From positions 9,920,001 to 9,984,000 of the forward strand of contig JBHGNT010000001.1 in assembly GCA_043228905.1 (NCBI GenBank): 64,000 nt of DNA, in the 5' to 3' direction. The notes under the pieces were generated by a model, which did not search any database, had not been told where the DNA came from, and worked only from the letters and a program-made list of their open reading frames with translations. The stretch is from Azolla caroliniana (taxonomy: Eukaryota; Plantae; Polypodiophyta). Positions 51,173-64,000 of this stretch are shown piece after piece. The position numbers were made by a program, and so were the translations under genes. The stretch's first letter is position 1. Every line of letters starts with the position of its first letter.

Positions 51173-52528
51173 CATACGACCTTCTCGTCGGTCATGAGCT
51201 ACGACTTGATTGCCTCTTTCGATGAAGCATCCGTCATTATTGAAGTGTACTTGCATTCCTTGTTCGACAATCTGGCCAACTGAGACTAGGTTTTTCGTGA
51301 TGGTGGGGACATGCAACACGTTCTTGAGGTAGGTTTGTTTGCTGTCGTTTCCGAATGGAACGTTCCCGATATGTTGTATGGGGTGAGTTGTGTCATCTCC
51401 TGTTTCGACATATCCGGGACGCTCGGGCTTCCGAAGTTCCCAAAACCAATCTTCATGGGACGTCATGTGATTAGATGCTCCCGAATCAACAAACCATACC
51501 CTGTTCGGAGTGGAAGCGGTTGTTGACGCAAGTGCAGACATTGAGTGTGCTTCGTGCGTCATTATGAACATTGCACTGCGGTCGCCGTAGTCGGAGTTCA
51601 TGGCGTAATTTGTTAGTTGTCGGCCTTGCTCACTCTTCTTCTTCCGACACTCCTCTTCGTAGTGGCTGGGTTTTCCGTAGTACCCGCACTCAACTGAGTT
51701 CCTACGGTTGCTTGGTCCGGCGTGATGACTCCCCCTTCCATCGAACTCTCTGGGGCCGTTTCTGTCCACTTGCCATTGGTGGAAGTTACGATGTTGATTG
51801 TGTCAACCTTGGCCGTATTGGCCTCTCCTGCCGCGACCGTGTCCTCTTCCTCCATCGAAGTTCGAATATAGCATTTGTCCTTCGTGTGTGTTGTTCCTTT
51901 GACACACGTGATTCTCTTCGACCAGCAATAACGATTGGAGATCAAAAAAGGAGGGAGGAATCTCTCTCGCGAGAACGACCGATCTTATTGCGCCAAATCG
52001 CAGTGTTAAGCCACCGAGGCATATCTGCACCATTTATTCGTCGTCAATGCTAACATTGATCGATCCAAGGGCATTGCACAACTCCTTAATCTTTAAGGTG
52101 TAGTTGTCGATTGACATGTCCCTTTGTTGAAGATTGTTCAACTCCTGTCGAAGTTGAAGCTTTCGTGCAGCCGTATTGGCTGCGAAAATCTTCTTGAGGT
52201 TTTCCCACGCCTGCTTCGGCGTTTTTGCCTCTCGAATGTAGCCAAGCATGTGATCATGAACGCATGATGCAAGGCAATACAACACACGGCTTGAGGCCTG
52301 CTCCCAAGCAGGATAGTCAGCGTGTGTTGGGTTGGGTTGTGATTCGTGAGCTCCTTCGATGTAGCTCTTGTAGCCTTGTCCGACAAGGTATTGATGCATC
52401 TTGTATTCCCAAGATGCAAAGTTCATTCTGTCGAGCTTCTTGGTAGGAAGAGCGCTTCCCATTTGAGTGTTCATGGTGATTTCTTCTCTGTGGACGAGCT
52501 GGTTCTGTTGATCGTCGGCATGCAGCAT
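51173..52528 (-). pseudogene. Copia gag and protease (5' part)
   Basis: KLDRMNFASWEYKM, AKTPKQAWENLKKIF, ARKLQLRQEL; degenerate knuckle ECGYYGKPSHYEEEC; protease WFVDSGASNHMT; LKNVLHVPTITKNLVSVGQ. Confidence 0.92.
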
Positions 52529-52560
52529 AACACAATCGAATAGGCTTAATCAGGCAACCA

Positions 52561-52575
52561 CTCACTCTGATACCA
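52561..52575 (-). other. Copia primer-binding site (initiator tRNA-Met)
   Basis: Minus strand TGGTATCAGAG directly after the 5' LTR. Confidence 0.9.
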
Positions 52576-52880
52576 TGTAAAGAAATGAGGCAAGAGTGGT
52601 TGTAATGCAGCGGAAGATGAATGTGTGTGTGTGTCTCAAGACAGAGTGAGAGAGAGTGAGAGAGAGAGATCTCTTAAGACAGAGATAGACAAAACTGTAT
52701 ATTAACCAAAATTACATCAAAGCATAAGACATCCAACAACAACAACTAAGTTACAAGGGGTTGGTTTAAATACCAATTGAGCTAGGGCAAGTGCCCTTTC
52801 TACTATTTACAAAACTAGCCTGGTATGTCCATGAGCTAGTGTGAAACCTATCTATGGGAAGTTGAGTTTGATTCTCAACA
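52576..52880 (-). repeat. Copia 5' LTR (305 bp)
   Basis: Pairs with 38350-38656; followed by TSD GATTT. Confidence 0.95.
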
Positions 52881-54779
52881 GATTTAAATTTTCCCTTTTT
52901 CTTCTTCTTCCAACAACCATTTAGATTAGAATCCTAACTTGTTGTAAAACTTGACTTATCCGCCCTTCTCTCCGAAGCATGACAACATAAGGCAACCCCT
53001 CGAGACTGAATAATGACTCTTGGAAAATGCAACACTCCAATGGATGACTTGTGTTGGTACTTGGGAAAACTTGATTCACACCCTTGTGTTCCAAATTCCC
53101 CAATTCACCTTCTATTGAGCCTCTAAGCAACTAGTTAATACAACCACTTTCAAATGAACCACCCCTCACCTTCTACACTTTCCACATTGATTTCTTGTGG
53201 ATGTTTTGTTGTAAAATCTCCCTCAAGGAGATTTGTTGTCTCTTCTATGTGATGTATCAACATCCGAACAAAGGATTTTCTAAGTTCATAATCATTTCTT
53301 GCAAGTTTCGTGAAGATCTCAAAACAATTAACTTTTCCACATTGTGTAAGCCAATGCATACTGTGAAGTCAATTTTTGCTGTAAGAAGAGACCCCGGCAA
53401 ATACATCGAATACTAAGCTCTATAAGAATAAAGCACAATGTGAAAGGCTCAAGAGTTAAGAGAAGAAGAAAATTGAAGGGATATGAAGTTAGAGGTGTTT
53501 TCCAAAAGTATAAAAAGCAAGAGAAAAGATAGAAGGAAAAAAATACATAATAAGGTAGAGAAAAAAGCTCATCACTTCTGCATCTCTTATCCAAATTTCA
53601 AAAAAAAAGATTCATAAGAAAGCTAATAAAGAGAGCTTTCTTTATGATAAATTTAGAAACATAAAATAGAAATAATGATATGAAAAATGTATCACATAAT
53701 CTCGAGCATATGTAAAAGAAAAGAAAAGTAAAAAGCAAGAATAACGCTACTAGAAACCTATAAATATGAGGGTATTCTTAGCAATAGGGGGAGGATAGAT
53801 TATCTACAAGAAGAAGGGAGAAAGCATAAGAGGATTATAAGAAGCTTAGTAGAAGAAAGGGTGAAGCAAGAAATACTTTTTTGTCTAATATTATATTTAA
53901 GTTGTTATTTGGTTTTTGTTACTCTTAGAGTATAAGAGTATTGTATTCTTTTCTAATTAGTATATTGAAGCGTTCTTTTTCCTCCTCTCTTCTCTATCAT
54001 TTTTCTCTATCTCTTCATCACATACCAACACCCCCGAGGACTTTGTTGATTGGGTTCTCAACATGGATCACACTCACCTTGATTGTCACCACCAAGTCTT
54101 TCCCATGGATGAAGTATTACACTTTCACAATGTGGTTCAATGCACCATCTACCTCAACATCGACCACTCCACCATTGATTGCACATTAAGCAAGCAATGT
54201 ATCTGTGTCATTATTGAGTATATACCATCAAACATTATTAATATAATTGATTGCACAACGAAATATCCATCGTCTCAAACTAGTTACTGATTCCTACTTC
54301 ATAGAATCACCCCCACAAAAGCGTATGCTAGACATATTGTCTTTGGATAATGCTCAAGACTATGACTTAATTGACCACTAAAATTACCAAGACGGTGAAC
54401 TTGATGATCATGATGTTGAGATGGACGGTGACTGAATCGGCTCTCGCAACTATCGTGACACACGCCGACAATATCACTGTAATGATCATTGGAATTTCCA
54501 TGCACCCAACTAGTTCAACCACCAAGATTATTACAAAGACTATAACTTGGTGAGGTAGTATGTCCGTGAAGATTGTGGATGCTACCTAAACGCCCCACCA
54601 TAAAAGCAAGATCCTCATGTGTAAAATGAGAACCATGCTCAACACTCTAATGATCTCACGTGCAACTAACAAGGTGTCGTCTTCACTAGAACCAAGTAAT
54701 TAAGGGCAACTCTCAAGGTCCCTCTTCACTCGAACCCTTCCTCCATGTCAACAATATGCAAACCTAAATCCACTCAAAG

Positions 54780-55500
54780 ACAAATCATGTTTTGGAATTG
54801 TAGATGATACCCATGGAATAAAGACTCTAGATTCAGTTTTTTGGATAAAGATTATGTTGAACATGAGCAGGTTGAAGAAGTATTGAAATGGTTCATAACT
54901 ATGACCTGTGAGGGCTTGTTTCCGAATACAACTACCTTTGTTGTTGTCTATGGATATTGATACCTTGCAATGTGTCTATGGAATAGCTTGCAATTACTGG
55001 ATTGTTTTCTCTACTTTGCAGTACATAGATTTGTTTCCTCAGCCATTGTCTTACACAAGACGGGCTTGGGGAAAAAATACTTTATATGTTGTAATCGATA
55101 TGACCTTTTTATATAACTAATGGAAGGATATTTTGTTTTGGAAAAATAAAATAAAATAAATAAAGACTCTAGATTAAGTGGTGTTGGTCAACGGATCAAT
55201 ATTATATTTTTGGTTGAAACATGGAAAAACGAAGCCAAGTGTATACCTAATATTGATGATAAAATCTACCCATACTTGCATTAGAATAAATATTAGGCTA
55301 TGAGTAGAGGAATGTATTGACTATGATGATGAGGAAAGCTATACATGAGTATATATATGATAAATACAAAAGACATATGTATATGGGTTGAAGTAACACT
55401 ATCTAAAGATTAACTTTATTTGACATCTTGACATTGTAGGATACATTTGATACGTAAAAGAGCTATTTTCTTTATTTGAGGGAGATCTAGAACACAAACC
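54780..55500 (+). mobile_element. Possible decayed LINE endonuclease 5' fragment with an internal duplication
   Basis: FWNCR.YPWNKDSR-like start duplicated (aataaagactctagatt at ~54817 and ~55158); IIFLVETW at ~55200, typical of APE-type LINE endonucleases. Confidence 0.4.
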
Positions 55501-55599
55501 TTCCCATTTGTTAGAAAAGTAAAACTTCAACTTCAAGGTTATGTGATTTTAATCGTATCATTAAATTATTAAACTTCCCCAAGTTATCATTTAAAGAAA

Positions 55600-56720
55600 T
55601 TTCCATCGATGTATTTCCCATGAAATTGATAAAACATATCATATTTTAACTCAATGAAGTTAAGCATGCTAACCTCATGAACATCAATAATTGTGTTCAT
55701 TGAAACTTGGGGATAACAAATGGAAGCTTGAAGCCTTGGAAAGTATTTTAAAGACTGATAGTTTGTGTGAGTCATTACCACAAAACAATTTTCATATAAA
55801 TAATGTCTCAAAGTCATACGCACATGATTGGCTACAAGAATTTTCTTTTCTTGAACAAATACTAACATTGAGTATAGTCAAGGTTCTTACTCTCGAAACC
55901 AATAAGTTTTCCATTTTAGTTTAACAGACTTATGCGTTTAACGTTTTAAAATACCAGCAAATGGCATAGTCAATTGGCAAAAAATTACGAGGAGATTTCT
56001 ACAAAAAACCTATTTAAAGTCAAAACTAATGAATGAACAAAGTTCTTGGATATTATGAGGAATAGGCTTAAGTTTCCCTTTCTTGATTTAAGAAGAATCA
56101 ATTTGGACACCTTGATTGGTAAATAAATGTTTTAAGTGATCTTTTGAAAAAGTCACATGTTGATGTTTTGGCATAAAATGTTTGTTACCACAATGTTTGT
56201 AGAATAATCTGAACATGAATGTAATGTTCATCCTAAGCATGGCTATAAATGAGAATATCATCCAAAAAAACGATGACATAATGATCAATTTTATCCCAAA
56301 AGTGTCATTATTTTCTTGTAAAAAATAGATTGAAGCATTAATCAATCCAAGTGGCATGACTAAAACTTCATAGATCATCATGGTGAGTATAAAATGAAAT
56401 TTAAGGAAAATCCCCTTCACCAAATCTTATTTCATGGTTGAAGATCACATTTGGTAAAGTTTTGATCACCTTGCAAAAGTTTAAGAGAGTTGGCATTGGA
56501 AAACCTCACCTTCTTCACTTCCTTCCTAGATTGTGGGAGAAAAATAAAATGTTTATGTGGCTTGGGATTTTGCACCAAAATTTTCATTGAGATTGTCGCA
56601 TAATAGTTCAGTGGTTAAGCGTCAATAACTTGGAAACGGAATTTTGAATGCCCTCTCCTACCAATTACTCAAATAGTAACCCTAGAAATTCCCAACTGAG
56701 GAAAAATGAGTTTTTCATAA
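55600..56720 (-). mobile_element. Decayed Ty3/gypsy RT/RNase H remnant
   Basis: YEVLVMPLGLINASIYF (cf. YEFxVMPFGLTNAP), VFFDDI-like core, LRHYL...THTNYQSLKYF (cf. TDHxSLKY). Confidence 0.65.
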
Positions 56721-56930
56721 TTTTCACTCAAGTGTACATACGTGGTGTGGGCTCTTCGTTTCTTAAACTTGCATATTAAATCACCATGGTAATTATAAAT
56801 CTTGCATATTATAATAATAAGTTTTGAGGTAAGTGAATTCAAATTTTCAACAAGTTCTTAAAACAAATGAACCTTTTAACATAGGGTTAGAAGAGATTAG
56901 GGCAAGAAGGAAATGGAGAGAGACGTTTAA

Positions 56931-56931
<1 letters not shown>

Positions 56932-56963
<32 letters not shown>

Positions 56964-58620
56964 GATATCCTGTCATTAATAGAAACAATTTACAAGATTT
57001 TAAACCTCTATGTGATTGGCCAGGGAAACAACCATTTCGACGGCTGAAAATGCCAATAAGGAGTGTTGTTATTGGATGTCAAGAATGGAGTAGTTGTCCA
57101 TATAATAAGAAACTCACTTCGTTGAGCAATTTTAGCCTTAGAATCTCCAACTATACCATCCCATTGACCCTTCAAAATATGAACTATGTCTAACCAAATG
57201 TTCAAACCCACTTCAGCTGGTGGTGTTTTAAGTTGATGGAAAATGAGAGAACACCTAGCCTTCCAAATGTGATATACAATGGTACTACTCAGTATCTCCC
57301 ATACTGGCTGGACTTCCTTCCTTACTCCTGAAAACTGTAATGATAGTAATGGTAATGTATGAACACTGCCATATTTAGTGTAAAATCCAACAAGAGATGT
57401 TTAAGTTTCAGCATAAGGGTTCTAAAATCAACTAGGTCTCCTTGGTCTTGTAGGTCTCCCACATGCCCTCATGATTTGCAATGTGATGATTCCATTTGTC
57501 GGTAAAGCCTAGGCCTTTGAATCTCAACACTTGCCAAACCCCACAATGAGCTCTCTTGCTCATTATATAGCTTCTTGGAGTCCTCTTGATAGATAAAAAT
57601 AGTATTAGCTTTCCCTTTCGAACATGAACTTGTCCTTATCCTTGTATGACACTTGTTTTTGGCAACAAGTTTGCAATTGTACATTTATTACATCCTTTCC
57701 AGCATCATTTATACATAACAACTCTTCTTTTTTCCTCCATTTCCTAGCAAGTTTTTGAACCCTTTGCCTTATTATTCTAGTCGTTAACTCTAACCATTTT
57801 AAGTTGAACGTTTTTGTATTATTAATTTTTCTTTCATTAGTCACTTTGACAAGAATTTCGACCTATTGTAAAACTTAACTTTTCCATGCTTTTCTCCCTT
57901 CACACATGCCACTACAATGATAGATTTTATTAACCTTTCAATGTGAATTAAGTTTCATTAGAAATCCATTAGTTGTTTTTTATATAGGAAAGTTTTTCCT
58001 AATCAACAATCATATGTTGCTTTGTTCGAACAACTTGTAACTAGAATTATGATGTAGAATGATAACTAATTGATGGTAGGTCAGCTTTATTGTAATAATT
58101 GTTCATAACTAATGAAAGGATATTTTCCAGGAAAGAAGAAGAAGAATATGATGTAGAATTCTATCCATAGACTTCTAATGAATGGTTCACAACCTTACCT
58201 TGGGTTTCTAAATCAATCTCTTCCACCATTCCTTGTTTTACATTATATGAGACCATTTTAGGGATCCCACTTTTGCCAACAATCATTAGTTATAAGGGTT
58301 AGCTCAAAATGCCCATTCAAAATTCAATGTGTCATACCATCAAGTGGATGATAAACTTTGTTCTCTTTTACTCCCCCTCAAGCTCAACAAATCAATAGGA
58401 AGCATGCCAATCACCATAAAAAGATCATCCAAGTTTGTCTGCTCCAAGAGCTTTTGCAATATATCTTTTGTTTGACTATTGGTTTGGAAATTTTGGAAAT
58501 TGGTCTCTCTAGTTTCTATCTATTCTTGGATCTAGTGGTAATACACCTCAATGTGCTTTATATGTGCATGCACCGATGTGTTCCATACAAGATGTTGTCG
58601 AAAACAGTCTTATAATGGAC
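56932..58620 (-). mobile_element. 5'-truncated L1-like LINE remnant ending in a (TAA)n tail
   Basis: Minus strand WEILSSTIVYHIWKARCSLIFH at ~57300-57238, typical of the L1 ORF2 C-terminal WxIWKxRN region. (TAA)n run at 56932-56961 lies at its 3' end. 5' boundary approximate. Confidence 0.6.
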
Positions 58621-58779
58621 ATATTCACATTGCCCCTACGGACAAATTAGGATAGGGTATTCTTGTAAATAACATAAACGGCAGTTCCCCTAGTTTGGTT
58701 AGTATATAACCAACTTTGTAACTAGTTTGAAGGGGTTGCCATTGCTCATTCGTTTGGATAATACATAGTTTGTATTTTG

Positions 58780-59530
58780 TGCCTCTTTGTCTCCATCTCT
58801 CTCTCTCTTCTTGCACTTGTCTCAGACTGTATCATTCTTGATTCTACCTTCACACTTGATTGTCTATTAGCATACACTATTGCAGTCATCTTTTGATGAC
58901 AATCTACCTCCAACACATGTATGTTGTGTAGGCCACAATAGAGTCACACTAGATTGTTGATCAAAATGTTGAAGTCATTAAGAATTTTCTTGAGTCAAAC
59001 AACTTCGCAAATGACAACTATTTGAGCCCCTAAAATCCACCTTCATGCTTGATAGAGCCACAATTGGTTGCTTTAACTTTGTTGCTGAAAGAGAGAGTGT
59101 CACTTCCCAAGGAGAAAGCAAAACCTGATTTCAATAACAAATTTGTTCAACTCCTGGCTTGATTGATATTCACGTTGCCCTTCAAGTTGGATCGGAAGTC
59201 CTACTTCATAGAAGCTGCCAATGTCCACACTGTCATGTCACCTAGATGCCACTCACTTATTACAATCTAAATGCTCGTTGCATGATTTGGGTAAGGAGGT
59301 CGGGCGTGTAATTAAGGTTGTGGTGTGAGAGATCGACTTGGAAGTTGCAACTCAACATTCCAAATTTGACCAATAAGTTCAAGATATAATGAAATTGGGA
59401 GGGCAAGATTGTACGAATGGCGAGTAGTAGACGAGAGACTTCACTTTCTTGATGGAGACGAAAGCGGTATCCCATAATTACTAGGTTTTGAACATACAAA
59501 GGAGAACTAATGTGTGTGTTGGTCATAGAA
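58780..59530 (-). mobile_element. Decayed copia RT/RNase H fragment related to the element at 38350-52880
   Basis: SQFHYILNLLVKFGM versus SQRHYILNLLYKFGM in the larger copia; TPDLLTQIMQ (cf. TRPD...QFMQ). Confidence 0.6.
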
Positions 59531-59599
59531 GATGAAGAAGAATAAGAAAAGAAACCTTTGTGTTGTAGTGAAGGCTGAAACGACAAGAAGACAAGAAAG

Positions 59600-60016
59600 A
59601 TACATACATACATACATACATACCAATACATGCATACATACATACCAATACATGCATGCATGCATGCATACATACATACATACATACATACATACATACA
59701 TGCATGCATACATACATACATACATACATACCAATACATACATACATACATACATACATGCATGCATACATACATACATACATACCAATACATACATACA
59801 TACATACATACATGCATGCATACATACATACATACATACCAATACATACATACATACATACATACATACCAATACATACATACATACATACATACATACA
59901 TACCAATACATACATACATACATACCAATACATACATACATACATACATACATACATACATACATACATACCAATACATACATACCAATACATACATACA
60001 TACATACATACATACA
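59600..60016. repeat. Compound (CATA)n satellite with periodic CCAATA and CATG variants
   Basis: About 415 bp of tacatacata... with 9 'taccaata' interruptions and several (catg)n blocks. Confidence 0.95.
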
Positions 60017-61044
60017 TTATATACAATTACACTGTCTGTTTGTCTGTGTGGGCTGTGTTGTGTCCCCCTCCCCCCCCCCCCCCCTACCAATTCCTTCTGC
60101 AGCTTCACATACACACATACTCTGTCTGCCTACCTCCGCCTCTCTCATTTGATCTCTGCAGATTCGCAGGTAATCCTTCCATCCCTATCCGTCCCTCTTT
60201 CTTTCGTTATTATCTTGGATTATACTCGATATTCATGGTAAGAAATCGTCTTCTTCTTCTGCTAATGCGCACTTCACACACACAACTTTTCTACGTCCTT
60301 ATCGGACTCAAGATCTTCTTTTCATTGTTGCAAAATCTCTTGTTTTCCTTTTCCCAGAAGGGGGGGGCCTCCATTAGATCGCTGTCATGTGCATCGCCTT
60401 TCGTCTTCTCATCCTCGATATTTAATTTTTTGGGTTTTTTAACTGCTTGTTGTAAATCAATGAGCTTGTTAGTGGATTTGAGATGACTGATCGAAAATCT
60501 CTGCGCAGACTATCTGTATAGTTTGTAGCGCCGGCTCATTCGATTCACGGTCATTGATTGATATGGCAATCATGCTGCAACTGTATAATAAACAAAACGT
60601 AACTAGTCCTCTCCGTTCCAATCTAGCATTTGTTGCCCATCTCGTTGGATGCTTCTTGTTTCTGCATATTTGAAAAACACTGTTTAAGTGAAAAGATATG
60701 ATCTGACGCTATTCTTCTCCTAATTGAAGAGCTAATTTTTGTAGTACTATATTCCCTGCATTTCATCTTCCATGTATTGGAAACAAGACAATGGCCTCTC
60801 TAAAGGCTTTATCACCAGCTCATTTCGTTCTAATTGTTGCATACTTTGTATCGCTAAAAATGACCCCTGATCTGGTTTAAACATTGATGATTCATCTCGT
60901 TAAGCTGACATCTCTAGTGCCTTCATTTCGTTAATCTTTTGAGCTTGATCCTCCAGCCGATCTTCAGATTCTATATAATAAATAATCATTATTTGTTTGA
61001 CATATTTACATCCTATCTGCTGATTCGTCTTCTGCTCAGGGAAA

Positions 61045-63164
<2,120 letters not shown>

Positions 63165-64000
63165 GATGCTCTTGGATAATATATAAATTGCAGGAAGATG
63201 AAGCACAAGCTAAGATTATTATTAAATATTATGGGGCTGAAATAAAAGTTAAGATATATATAGTCTTATTGTGAGTTTCCTTAATTTTTGATGTTTATGT
63301 TTTTGAGATCACTGTATATCTTAGCAGTTGGAGACTCCGAAATGGTTGAATTAAATTTCAAAATAATTCTCGAAAAGAAAATGTAAGGTAATTTATATAA
63401 TTGGTCTTTTGCTATTCCATGCCTAATTTGAAGGGAAACGTGTGATTAATTAAAGATGAACCATTCCAGGCTATCTAAATTCAATGCAAATCAAAATGCA
63501 TGCAATCATGTAAAGTCATAAAATGTGTGGTTACTATGAATAATTCCAAAATCTTGTAGGTTCTATTACTCATATATTGATCATTCCAAGTTTTTCAACC
63601 AAAGTCTAATTTTAAACATTTGACAGTATATGATACCATCACTTCATCACTTATTTGAGAAATAGTAGAACATGATGGTGGCATTATGGGATTTAGTAGC
63701 CTACTTTCAAGGCTGATGCCCGAAAGATTCTCCGAGTATATTCTTCATACCCCATCCCATGCTTACCAAAGCAAGTTTTGTGCAAGTATTCCATAGACAA
63801 GTTCATTTTTTAACATTACAATAAACTCATTCAATTATTCTGCCGGAAATCCAGATTATTGGTATCCTTTCTGTTTTGCTTTTTTTTTTTCACAAATGTA
63901 TGTTTGTTATTAAAACAAGAGGATGATACAACTGTTGCTATCTCCACTACTTCATTAGTAGCATTACAGCAAGGTAAACCCTCTCAAATGTTGTAATACT

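Larger units (their letters stand above)
38350..52880 (-). mobile_element. Ty1/copia LTR retrotransposon, full length, interrupted by a nested gypsy element
   Basis: TG...CA LTRs at 38350-38656 and 52576-52880; TSD GATTT at 38345-38349 and 52881-52885; PBS TGGTATCAGAG (tRNA-iMet) on minus next to the 5' LTR; domain order gag-PR-IN-RT-RH. Confidence 0.96.

Noticed and set aside
59260-60486. Long ORFs on both strands (MYVC/HTYI repeats)
   Set aside because: Artefacts of the stop-free (CATA)n microsatellite.

Overview
Eukaryotic land-plant nuclear DNA with GT-AG introns. The TE families look non-seed-plant-like (inference; species not determinable). Host genes: 3' part of a DRP2-type dynamin (+, 1366-8485), a lipin/phosphatidate phosphatase (+, 17145-21457), a Spt20/PHL-like protein (+, 27241-31863), a WEB-family coiled-coil protein (-, 34907-32817) and a beta-tubulin (+, 61045-63164). 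Mobile DNA: (1) a structurally complete 6.6-kb Mutator-like element (10034-16672, ~155-bp TIRs, 9-bp TSD CCGACATTG). Its ~974-codon transposase has two in-frame TGA stops and seems to carry an integrase-type HH-CC zinc module N-terminal to WRKY/FAR1-DDE-SWIM domains. Its ends hold arrays of an 11-bp GGTCGCCCAAC motif. (2) A Ty1/copia element (38350-52880, -, TSD GATTT) interrupted by (3) a nested Athila-like Ty3/gypsy element (41704-51172, +, TSD CATAC) with a long extra 3' ORF, an apparently deleted protease active site and no obvious PPT. Several decayed LINE, gypsy and copia remnants and a structured (CATA)n satellite in the tubulin promoter are also present. A recurring oddity is short local duplication of exon-intron junctions in three host genes. 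No prokaryotic systems, tRNA/rRNA genes or CRISPR arrays were seen. All domain calls are by eye from motifs, not database searches.
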